Shown here in pieces: positions 17,356 to 25,474 of a stretch of 32,000 nt of DNA (positions are counted from its first letter, which is position 1; each line of letters starts with the position of its first letter). The stretch is from Candidatus Electrothrix yaqonensis (GTDB lineage Bacteria > Desulfobacterota > Desulfobulbia > Desulfobulbales > Desulfobulbaceae): assembly GCA_047651235.1 (NCBI GenBank), contig CP178758.1:3390001-3422000 (forward strand), in the 5' to 3' direction. A model generated the notes under the pieces. It ran no database searches. It had not been told where the DNA came from and saw only the letters and a list, made by a program, of their open reading frames with translations. A program made the translations under genes and the position numbers.

Positions 17356-17526
17356 ATGCGCTGTAAAAAATGCGCCGGTGAGCTGGAAGTGCATCGGCAG
17401 TGCCGCCGGGTTCGGCTGAAATGCCGCAGCTGTAAGCAGGAGTACCAAATTCACGAGGTTGCAGAGGATTTGGATGATGAAACCGAAAAACTGCTTGAGC
17501 GGTATACCTGTATTATTTATGATTGA
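17356..17526 (+). CDS. Small (56-aa) four-Cys zinc-ribbon protein
   Basis: Below the ORF-track length cutoff, so hand-translated: MRCKKCAGELEVHRQCRRVRLKCRSCKQEYQIHEVAEDLDDETEKLLERYTCIIYD. It has CxxC and CxxC pairs, and GAGGAG lies 8 nt upstream of the ATG. Confidence 0.5.
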   Translation: MRCKKCAGELEVHRQCRRVRLKCRSCKQEYQIHEVAEDLDDETEKLLERYTCIIYD

Positions 17527-17706
17527 GAAGGGAGAAAGGAGAGTGCTGCCGGATTGGCTTCACATACTTTTGGACAGGCTGAACGTGTACATGACCTCGA
17601 CACCCATTACAACATCCAATATATACCGGTCGGAACCAGTTTTCACCGCATTCACCGCAACAATTGAACAAGCTCAAGTCGATCAAGTCGATACGGTGCA
17701 GAATAT

Positions 17707-19134
17707 ATGGCCCCTGCGTTATCTTGGAATCTGCGCCAGCGCAGTTCCCTTATTTATAAATTACTGCACCTCCTGGACTGTGTTCTGGCCAGTGCTTTTC
17801 TCTGGCTGCTTGTCCGCTGCTACAACGTTCCCTGGAGCCGCTACTATACCTGGCTGGAGGCGGTCATCTTTGCTGTCTCCTTTCTTAGTTTTCAGCATTT
17901 TCAGCTTTACCGTTCCTGGCGCGGCTGGAAACTCTATCTTGAATTTCTTGTCATTCTGAAAGCCTGGGCAACCGTTGTCGGTTTACTGCTTTTCTACTTT
18001 TTCATCTTTAAAATTTCAGAGGCCTACTCACGGGTTGTTTTTATCCTCTGGTCAGTCTCCACCCCCTTTCTTCTGTTTTTTTCCCATCTTATTATCCGCA
18101 AGCTGCTCCGGTATTACCGGCTGCAGGGAAAAAATATCCGTCATGCCGTTATTGTCGGAGCCGGTGATCTCGGCCTCAAAATGGCTGTACATCTGGAGGA
18201 GATTCCCTGGGCCGGGATTGAAATAGTTGGTTTTTTTGACGACAAGCTGCAGACTGAAATTCCGGCCCTGGTCGACAAACCGCTGCTGGGTTCTATTGAT
18301 GCGGTGCAGGAATATCTTATGGTCCATGATATTGATTATGTTTATATTGCCCTTCCCATGCGGGCGGAACGCAAGATATTCTGGCTCCTGCGGGAATGCC
18401 GGGACCTAGGGGCGCAAATTTTTCTTGTTCCGGACCTGTATATTTTCGGTCTTCATCATGCGGAGATTCAGTCTGTCGGTGACATGCTGGTCCTGAATTT
18501 TAATCCGGCTTCAGACTGGAAACGGGCCTTTGATATTATGTTCTCTCTGTCTGTCCTGCTGCTGAGCAGTCCCCTGCTGCTGCTGATTATGGTGTTGATC
18601 AAACTGGACAGCAGAGGGCCGGTTTTTTATCGGCACCGGCGGATTACGGCGACCGGGCGGGAGTTTGAGTGCCTGAAATTCAGAACAATGGTTCAGAATG
18701 CCGATCAGACCTTGAGCAAACTGCTGGAGGAAAACCCCTGCCTTGCCGAGGAGTGGAATAAAAACTTCAAGCTGAAGAATGATCCGAGAATTACCCGGAT
18801 GGGACGTTTTCTCCGCCGTGCCAGCCTGGATGAATTTCCCCAGTTTATTAATGTGCTGAAAGGGGAAATGAGCGTGGTCGGAGCCCGACCTGTTGTGGGC
18901 AGAGAGCTGCAGGAATACTATAAAAGCGGCGGTGAGCAGAGCGCGGGTCGGTACGTCTCCATGAAGCCGGGCATCACCGGACCGTGGCAGGTCACCTCAC
19001 GGAATGATGTGGCGAATTACCGGGAGCGGGTGGAGTTGGATGACTGGTATGTCCTGAATTACTCTTTATTCGGTGATCTGAAAATCATCCTCAAGACCGT
19101 CCGCTGCATGATCAGCGGCAAGGGAGCGTATTAA
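17707..19134 (+). CDS. Undecaprenyl-phosphate sugar phosphotransferase (WcaJ/exopolysaccharide priming glycosyltransferase family)
   Basis: A 475-aa protein with N-terminal TM helices, a central Rossmann-like region (AVIVGAGDLG) and the C-terminal bacterial sugar-transferase motifs KFRTM, DPRITRMGRFLRRASLDEFPQFINVLKGEMSVVGARP. Confidence 0.9.
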   Translation: MAPALSWNLRQRSSLIYKLLHLLDCVLASAFLWLLVRCYNVPWSRYYTWLEAVIFAVSFLSFQHFQLYRSWRGWKLYLEFLVILKAWATVVGLLLFYFFIFKISEAYSRVVFILWSVSTPFLLFFSHLIIRKLLRYYRLQGKNIRHAVIVGAGDLGLKMAVHLEEIPWAGIEIVGFFDDKLQTEIPALVDKPLLGSIDAVQEYLMVHDIDYVYIALPMRAERKIFWLLRECRDLGAQIFLVPDLYIFGLHHAEIQSVGDMLVLNFNPASDWKRAFDIMFSLSVLLLSSPLLLLIMVLIKLDSRGPVFYRHRRITATGREFECLKFRTMVQNADQTLSKLLEENPCLAEEWNKNFKLKNDPRITRMGRFLRRASLDEFPQFINVLKGEMSVVGARPVVGRELQEYYKSGGEQSAGRYVSMKPGITGPWQVTSRNDVANYRERVELDDWYVLNYSLFGDLKIILKTVRCMISGKGAY

Positions 19135-19199
19135 TTTCATTCTGTTTTATCAGTACTGAAAATATTATGAAATATTTTGATCAGGAAGAATCGGGTGCC

Positions 19200-19265
19200 C
19201 CTTGCGGGACAAAAAAATACGTCCCGCAAGGACGATGCGAACATAGCCCGTTGCTTCAGGCGGGG
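19200..19265. repeat. Intergenic repeat family, copy A (11-bp hairpin plus conserved tail)
   Basis: CCTTGCGGGAC-aaaaaaatac-GTCCCGCAAGG followed by acgatgcgaacatagcccgttgcttcaggcgggg. Related copies lie at 19951-20000 and 20336-20372. Confidence 0.75.
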
Positions 19266-19296
19266 GGCTTCGCTACAATGAACAGAGGAGGTTTCT

Positions 19297-19551
19297 ATGA
19301 AATCAATGACCATTCATGGCATAGACAGCGAGCTTGAAAAAAAGCTGACTGAAAGATCGAAACAGTCCGGCCTGAGCCGAAATCGTTTTGTAAAATTTAT
19401 CCTGCAGAAAACGCTGCTCTCCGACCGGAAGGCGGCACGACGGGAAATGTTTTCCGATTTGTTCGGTAAATGGACAGAATCTGAAAAAGAAGATTTTGAA
19501 GAGAGGATCAAAGAGTTGAATAGAACGGACGAGTCTGACTGGCAGGAATGA
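19297..19551 (+). CDS. Type II antitoxin, ribbon-helix-helix/VapB-like
   Basis: An 84-aa protein, MKSMTIHGIDSELEKKLTERSKQSGLSRNRFVKFILQK, with an acidic tail. It lies immediately upstream of a PIN-domain reading frame. Confidence 0.75.
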   Translation: MKSMTIHGIDSELEKKLTERSKQSGLSRNRFVKFILQKTLLSDRKAARREMFSDLFGKWTESEKEDFEERIKELNRTDESDWQE

Positions 19552-19557
19552 GCGGGA

Positions 19558-19895
19558 ATGACAAAGATACTTCTCGACACAAACGCATACAGCAGCTTCA
19601 TGTCAGGAAACCGGCTTGTTTTTGAGTATCTCGTTGAATCGGAAATCATATATCTTTCCACCGTCATGATCGGCGAACTCTTTGCCGGATTTCATGGCGG
19701 CAGCAAGTTCTCTCAAAACAGGAGAGAACTGAAATATTCGGAGAAATAAAATCTCAGCTTCGCGGCAAAGGAAAGATGATTCCCCTGAATGATATATGGA
19801 TTGCCGCTCACGCCGTTGAAACCGGGGCAAAACTGATTTCTTATGATGCGCACTTCAAAAATATTAGCGGACTGCGCTTATGGGAAGAATTGTAG
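19558..19895 (+). pseudogene. vapC: PIN-domain toxin VapC, frameshifted and probably internally shortened
   Basis: Frame 1 reads MTKILLDTNAYSSFMSGN...IGELFAGFHGGSKFSQNRRELKYSEK and then stops at 19749. A second frame continues EIFGEIKSQLRGKGKMIPLNDIWIAAHAVETGAKLISYDAHF...EEL and stops at 19895. The two halves together make a PIN domain. Confidence 0.7.
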
Positions 19896-19950
19896 TATTA
19901 AGGTGTTGAGGAAAAAGGCCCGGCGATAAATCTCCGGGATATCGACGGTC

Positions 19951-20000
19951 TCCTTGGCGAAAAAAAATACGTCCTGGAGGGACGCTGCGAACAAAGACCG
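19951..20000. repeat. Intergenic repeat family, copy B
   Basis: tccttggcgaaaaaaaatacgtcctggagggacgctgcgaacaaagaccg aligns to copy A at most positions by eye. Confidence 0.7.
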
Positions 20001-20335
20001 CGAGCCGCCGTGCCCGCGTCAGCCGGTGCAGATCAGGTTGCGGAAGAGCAGCTGGCAATACCGGGTAAAAAGTATCCGGTTTCTCCTTTTTGCCTGCATA
20101 TAAATTACCCGTATTCACTGGAGAAAAAAAGAATTCTTTTTCTTAACAGCAAGATGAATATACCGGCATCCTCCCGCATTATACAATATTTTGTACATTC
20201 TGGATAAAACAGCATGATTCCTGCATGGTTGAGAATATTTTTGAGGCCGACTTTTCGGAAGACGGGGGAGCAGGGTTTGGTGCGCTGTGGCTCTGCCGGA
20301 TCAGGGAAGTACGGGCTGATGGTTTTCCGGCCCAG

Positions 20336-20372
20336 AAGGACGATGGGAACATAGCCCGCTGCTTCAGGCGGG
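20336..20372. repeat. Intergenic repeat family, copy C (tail part only)
   Basis: aaggacgatgggaacatagcccgctgcttcaggcggg versus copy A aaggacgatgcgaacatagcccgttgcttcaggcggg. Only two mismatches. Confidence 0.75.
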
Positions 20373-20447
20373 CGGATGTACGGTCAGATAAGAAAAGGCA
20401 AAGTTGTGCCAAGCTAACATATTAAATTTACCAAAGGAGCAGTTGTT

Positions 20448-22151
20448 ATGAAAAAACGGTTCAATATTTTTCCTCTTGCTATCGCTGCGGCTGTTTGTGC
20501 AGCTCCAGCAAGCAGTTACGCTTACGAAAATGTTGCTGATGCCATTTCATGGGCACAAGATGAAGACAATAGATGTCCAGGCTCAGATTGCAGAGATCCA
20601 GAGGGAGACAATTGGATTAATTGGTGCATGCGTTTTGTAGCCAATTGCTATGGCAAAAAAAATGCGGGGATGAATGCGATTGGAGGATGGTATACAAGTG
20701 AATTTGGTGCTCAGGAAAGTAGCTTTCCTCCTCCTGCCGGTGCATTAGTTTTTTTCGATACGTCAAAAACTCCTTATGGTCATGTAGGTTTGTCCATAGG
20801 AAATGGTCGGATGATTCATGCTCATTATAAAAAAAGTGTACGTGAAGATAGAATTCCGACCGGTGACTCCCCTTACGGTAAATATCTTGGCTGGCGCTGG
20901 CCGACTGCTTGGACACCTGATGAGCCGTTTCATGGCGGTGGCCCTAAAGATCCCGATCCTGATGATCCGCCTGTCGCTGGCTTCCCCGACTTCATCATCG
21001 ACAAAGTCGTCATGAGCAGAAAGAAAAGCGGCGGCAAAGAGAGATACGTCTGGAAAATCAACGAAACCGCCTATGTCGTCACCTGGATAGACAACATCGG
21101 TGATGCCGACTGGGAAGGCGATGCCAAAAAGATCAAAGTGCCTTTCTACTTGTCCAAGGGGAAAAAGGAAGACCGCCATTCCGAATGGATACGGGTCGGT
21201 CGTGAAAAGAGCAAAAAGAACAATCTCAGGATCAAAAAGAAGCCTAAACGCGAAAGGATCAAGTTCGATCTGTTGGAATGGGCCAATGAGGGCAAAGTCC
21301 TGCCCGGACGCACCTACAACTTCGTGGCCTGCGCCGACCGGCCCAAGGATGAAGGCAACAAAGACGGCGACGTGAAGGAGAAGCACAAGTCCAACAACTG
21401 CTCCACCGAGGCGGTCTTCTACGTGGACTTCGGCCCACCCCGCGATGTTGATCTGATGGCCGACAATCTGGCCTTGACCGGCGGCAGAACCGAGCTTCAG
21501 GGAGGTGAACGCTACGGCCTGCGGGTCGATGTTTCCAATATCGGCACAGAACAGCCCTGGAACGGCTTCCGCACCAGCTATGAACTTAAAGGCCCCGGCA
21601 CCGGCGGCGTATGGCAGCGTATCGGCGAGGACAAATCCAAAGCCAGCAGCCTCTATCCCGGTGCTATCCACTTCGAGGCTATGGACGGCGATGACGAAAT
21701 TTCTGCGCCTATGGTGGGCGGCGACTACATTTTCCGCGCCTGCGCCGACTACGAGCAGGTGGTGCCGGAGACCGACGAGAGCAACAACTGCACTGAGATA
21801 ACCTTTGAAGTGAAGGAGGTTCCGGCCGGCTCGCCCCGTATTGTCATCACCAATCCCACTCATGACGACGACTGGCGGAGCGACAGCAAGGAGCACGATG
21901 TACGCTGGGATTACTTCGATTTTCCGGTAAAAGGCCATGTGATGGTGGAATACTCACTGGATGGCGGCGCAACTTGGCGGCTGATTGATGATGAAACCAC
22001 CAACGACGGTAAGAAGCACTGGGAGGACATGTGCGATTACCACACCATCGACACCCATCATGCCTACATTCGCGTGACTTCGCTGGAATATCCATATGTC
22101 TATGATATCTCTGACGAGTTCGCTATCGATCATGCCAAGGAGTGCGAGTAA
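20448..22151 (+). CDS. Secreted cysteine peptidase (CHAP / NlpC-P60-like) with two CARDB-like domains and a C-terminal beta-rich domain
   Basis: Signal peptide MKKRFNIFPLAIAAAVCAAPASSYA. Cys...His catalytic-type pattern: WCMRFVANCYG and GHVGLSIGNGRMIHA. Two CARDB-like modules end in KSNNCSTEAVFYV and ETDESNNCTEITFEV. A Lys-rich linker reads KKNNLRIKKKPKRERIK. Confidence 0.75.
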   Translation: MKKRFNIFPLAIAAAVCAAPASSYAYENVADAISWAQDEDNRCPGSDCRDPEGDNWINWCMRFVANCYGKKNAGMNAIGGWYTSEFGAQESSFPPPAGALVFFDTSKTPYGHVGLSIGNGRMIHAHYKKSVREDRIPTGDSPYGKYLGWRWPTAWTPDEPFHGGGPKDPDPDDPPVAGFPDFIIDKVVMSRKKSGGKERYVWKINETAYVVTWIDNIGDADWEGDAKKIKVPFYLSKGKKEDRHSEWIRVGREKSKKNNLRIKKKPKRERIKFDLLEWANEGKVLPGRTYNFVACADRPKDEGNKDGDVKEKHKSNNCSTEAVFYVDFGPPRDVDLMADNLALTGGRTELQGGERYGLRVDVSNIGTEQPWNGFRTSYELKGPGTGGVWQRIGEDKSKASSLYPGAIHFEAMDGDDEISAPMVGGDYIFRACADYEQVVPETDESNNCTEITFEVKEVPAGSPRIVITNPTHDDDWRSDSKEHDVRWDYFDFPVKGHVMVEYSLDGGATWRLIDDETTNDGKKHWEDMCDYHTIDTHHAYIRVTSLEYPYVYDISDEFAIDHAKECE

Positions 22152-22180
22152 TAAGTAACAAGAACCTCAAGACCACCCCG

Positions 22181-22224
22181 AATCCCTGCGCCTCTTCTCC
22201 TTTCCGGCGCGGGGATTTTTTCTC
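22181..22224 (+). terminator. Rho-independent terminator after the secreted peptidase gene
   Basis: AATCCCTGCGCC-(13-nt loop)-GGCGCGGGGATT, with 11 of 12 positions paired, running into TTTTTTCTCC. Confidence 0.65.
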
Positions 22225-22334
22225 CTTTCTTTTCCCCGCAGCATAGCATACAAGAAAAACTGATATCCCCTGTTCAATTCGGAAACGACAGGCAGCCCGT
22301 TTCCTTCTCTTATCAACGCATCCTGAAAACAGAC

Positions 22335-22589
22335 ATGACTTTTATGACAACCTGTGAGGATATCATCCTGTACCTGCACAAAAATCAGGATGGTATACCG
22401 CATCTGCACGCAACATATCAGGGCCAGGAATCGATCATCACCCTGCCTGACTGCAGCCTTCGCAAAGGAAACCTGCCGGAAAACAAAATGCAGCAGCTCC
22501 AGGCATGGGTTGAGGTGCACAGGCATAAACTCATGGCGGACCGGGAAGCGGTCAGGTTCCGCTCGGATTTATGCGGACAGGAGTCATAA
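22335..22589 (+). CDS. DUF4160-domain protein
   Basis: An 84-aa protein, CEDIILYLHKNQDGIPHLHATYQGQESIITL...LPENKMQQLQAWVEVHRHKLMADRE. This matches the DUF4160 pattern (h.I.hY..DH.PPHFHA.Y.G.ea...) as I recall it. Confidence 0.65.
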   Translation: MTFMTTCEDIILYLHKNQDGIPHLHATYQGQESIITLPDCSLRKGNLPENKMQQLQAWVEVHRHKLMADREAVRFRSDLCGQES

Positions 22590-22763
22590 GCTGCGGCAGG
22601 ATGCAGTTTTTACCGGCTGCCGGGTTCATTGCTCCGCTTTTCCTCCGCCGTTATTGACAACCCATAACCCCGGCCTTTTTCATAACTCATCCAAATAGTC
22701 GGTGCGGTTTTTCAGGATTCAAGGCTGTTTCTTTTCCCTCTCTCACCAACGCATCCAGCCCCC

Positions 22764-22898
22764 ATGACCTTTATGACAACCTGTGAGGATATCATACTGT
22801 ACCTGCACAGGAATTCGGATGGTATACCGCATCTTCATGTAACATTCACGTAATATATCAGGGCCGGGAATTGATCATCCCCCTGCCTGACTCTGCAG
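22764..22898 (+). pseudogene. Broken tandem copy of the DUF4160 gene
   Basis: 22727-22898 duplicates 22299-22455, leader included. The copy encodes MTFMTTCEDIILYLHRNSDGIPHLHVTFT and then TAA. An 11-nt insertion (ttcacgtaata, an imperfect tandem duplication of the preceding 11 nt) disrupts it. Confidence 0.7.
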
Positions 22899-23086
22899 GA
22901 CGGATACCTGGAATAACGCGGGTTTTATGCTGCCCGGAACAAGGTGTTTCGGGCAGCCATCGGATTATCCGGTGTTTTTGTTGGTTTCTTCTGTTCAGAA
23001 GCGTTATACTGAAAAATATAATTCATTCCAGTGGATGACAGATATGTAGGCTGAAAGATATAACAAACTGAATTTCCGGAGAATAC

Positions 23087-25474
23087 ATGGACAATCAATC
23101 ACAGGACAACAACACAACCACACCAAACGACCCGGCCCTGCTGCCGATCCCGAAAAACATGCCGATCCTTCCCCTGCACGGCTTTGTCTTTTTTCCGGGC
23201 ATGGGCTTTCCCCTGCAGGTAGCCAGCGCCACTTCAAAGCAGCTGGTGGACGAGGCTATGGAAGGCGACCGGATGGTCGGACTGGTGCTCTGCCATAAAA
23301 AGCAGGTCGGGGATGAGGACACCATTTCCAGTGACGATCTGCATCGGGTAGGTGCTGTCGGGTATATCCATAAGGTGAGCAAGACTCAGGAAGGGTACTA
23401 TCAGGTGCTGGTCAGCGGGATCCATAAACTCAACGTGGATCAATACACCCAGGAAAGGCCGTATATCCGGGGAGACATCAGTATCCTGCCCATGCAGATT
23501 AATGACGGCGACAAGGAGAGCGAAGCCCTGGTTCTCGCAGTCCGCAGTGAATTCAGAAAACTGGGAGAGCTGATCAATCTGCCGGCGGAGATCATGGTCA
23601 CCCTGGATGCGATCACCAACCCCTATCATGTCGGGTATTTGGTGGCCTCCCAGCTGAGTCTGCGGGTCAACAGGGAACAGGAGATCCTGGAAATCGTCGA
23701 AGTCAACCTGATGCTGCATCGGGTGGCGCGGGAGATGAACCGGCGGATCAAAACCGCCGAGATGAGCAACAAGCTGCAGGAGGATATCAAAAAAGATATC
23801 GACAGCAAGCAGCGGGAGTTTTTCCTCCGCCAGCAGATGCAGGCCATCCGCAAGGAGCTGGGGGAAGACTCCGACAGTAAGGTGGAGCTGAAGGAGCTGC
23901 GGGAACGGGCCGAGGAAGCCGGTCTGAGCGAGGAAGCATTAAAAGCGGTGGAAAAAGAGCTGACCCGTCTGGAACGGATCTCTCCCTCCTCACCGGAGTA
24001 CTCGGTATCGCGCAACTATATCGATTGGATTCTGGACCTGCCGTGGAGCGTCTCGACGGAAGACGCACTGGATTTCAACAAAGCGGAAAGGGATCTGGAA
24101 GAGGAGCATTACGGTCTTGAAAAGATAAAACGACGGATTCTGGAATTTCTGGCTGTGCGCAAGCTGAAAAACGACATTCACGGCCCGATCCTCTGTCTGG
24201 CCGGTCCTCCGGGGGTGGGCAAGACATCTCTGGGCCAATCCATTGCCCGGACCATGAACCGGAAATTCTGCCGTATTGCCCTGGGCGGCATGCGTGATGA
24301 GGCGGAAATTCGGGGCCATCGGCGGACCTACATCGGTGCCCTGCCGGGCCGGATTATCCAGAATTTGAAAAAGGTGGGGGCCAACAACCCGGTCATCCTT
24401 CTGGATGAAATAGATAAGCTGGGCAATGACTTCCGCGGCGATCCTGCTTCCGCCCTGCTGGAGGTTCTGGATCCGGAGCAGAATTCAACCTTTACGGATC
24501 ATTATCTGGATGTTGAGTTTGATCTGTCCAAGGTTATGTTCATTGCCACGGCTAATATGCTGGAAACCATTCCCGGCCCCCTGCGCGACAGGATGGAGGT
24601 AGTGGAGCTGTCCAGTTATACGGAAAATGAAAAGGTGGCCATTGCCCGAAAATACCTGCTGAAAAAGCAGCTCAGGGAGCATGCCCTTACGGAAGAAAAT
24701 CTGGAGATGGATGATGATACCCTGCTGGCGGTGATCCATTCCTATACCAGAGAAGCAGGGGTGCGTAACCTTGAGCGTCAGCTGGCTGCTATCTGCCGCA
24801 GTGTTGCTGCCAATGTTGCCCGGGGCTGGACAGAAAAAACCGTGGTTACAGCCGACAACCTGTACGATTTCCTCGGCGTGGTCAGCTATACGTCTGAGAT
24901 GAAGGCCCGTACCTGGGGACCGGGACTTTCCACCGGCCTGGCCTGGACACCAGTGGGTGGTCAGATCCTCTTTATTGAAACCTCGAAAATGAAGGGCAAG
25001 GGCGGGCTGGCCCTGACCGGTAAACTGGGTGATGTAATGAAGGAATCCGCGTCCGCTGCCCTGACCTATATCCGTTCCAATGCCGAAGCCTTGGGGGTTG
25101 ACGAGGAGATTTTTTCGCAGACCGATCTGCATGTGCATGTGCCGGACGGCGCCACTCCAAAAGACGGCCCTTCCGCCGGTGTGGCTATGGTCAGCGCCCT
25201 GATTTCGGTGATCACGGGCCGGGTTGTGCGCCAGGATGTGGCCATGACCGGGGAGATCACCCTGCGCGGTGATGTCCTGCCGGTAGGCGGTATTTCGGAA
25301 AAAGTCCTGGCTGCCCTGCGGGCCGGAATCAACGAGCTGGTGCTTCCGGTTCTCAATGAAAAGGATGTGCTGGAGATCCCGGAAGAGATACGCGGAGACG
25401 TGACCTTCCATTATCCGCACACCATTGAAGAAGCTCTGGAATTTGTTCTGGAGAAAAAAATGGATACCGAATAA
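23087..25474 (+). CDS. lon: ATP-dependent Lon protease (endopeptidase La)
   Basis: A 795-aa protein with a LON N-domain, Walker A motif GPPGVGKTS and the catalytic-Ser motif PKDGPSAG. Confidence 0.97.
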   Translation: MDNQSQDNNTTTPNDPALLPIPKNMPILPLHGFVFFPGMGFPLQVASATSKQLVDEAMEGDRMVGLVLCHKKQVGDEDTISSDDLHRVGAVGYIHKVSKTQEGYYQVLVSGIHKLNVDQYTQERPYIRGDISILPMQINDGDKESEALVLAVRSEFRKLGELINLPAEIMVTLDAITNPYHVGYLVASQLSLRVNREQEILEIVEVNLMLHRVAREMNRRIKTAEMSNKLQEDIKKDIDSKQREFFLRQQMQAIRKELGEDSDSKVELKELRERAEEAGLSEEALKAVEKELTRLERISPSSPEYSVSRNYIDWILDLPWSVSTEDALDFNKAERDLEEEHYGLEKIKRRILEFLAVRKLKNDIHGPILCLAGPPGVGKTSLGQSIARTMNRKFCRIALGGMRDEAEIRGHRRTYIGALPGRIIQNLKKVGANNPVILLDEIDKLGNDFRGDPASALLEVLDPEQNSTFTDHYLDVEFDLSKVMFIATANMLETIPGPLRDRMEVVELSSYTENEKVAIARKYLLKKQLREHALTEENLEMDDDTLLAVIHSYTREAGVRNLERQLAAICRSVAANVARGWTEKTVVTADNLYDFLGVVSYTSEMKARTWGPGLSTGLAWTPVGGQILFIETSKMKGKGGLALTGKLGDVMKESASAALTYIRSNAEALGVDEEIFSQTDLHVHVPDGATPKDGPSAGVAMVSALISVITGRVVRQDVAMTGEITLRGDVLPVGGISEKVLAALRAGINELVLPVLNEKDVLEIPEEIRGDVTFHYPHTIEEALEFVLEKKMDTE

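Noticed and set aside
17459-17959. 166-aa ORF overlapping the start of the sugar transferase gene
   Set aside because: It is in a different frame from the transferase, whose N-terminal TM region already begins at 17707. It also overlaps the small zinc-ribbon ORF, and no motif supports it.
20763-21938. 391-aa minus-strand ORF
   Set aside because: It lies entirely antisense to the secreted peptidase/CARDB gene, which has a signal peptide and recognisable domains. The antisense product is low-complexity (G/A/V-rich) with no motifs. This is a typical shadow ORF.
22167-22526. 119-aa minus-strand ORF
   Set aside because: It spans the terminator hairpin and is antisense to the DUF4160 gene. No support was found for it.
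23234-25420. Several minus-strand ORFs of 95-311 aa
   Set aside because: All are antisense to lon, whose identity is unambiguous. No motifs were seen in them.
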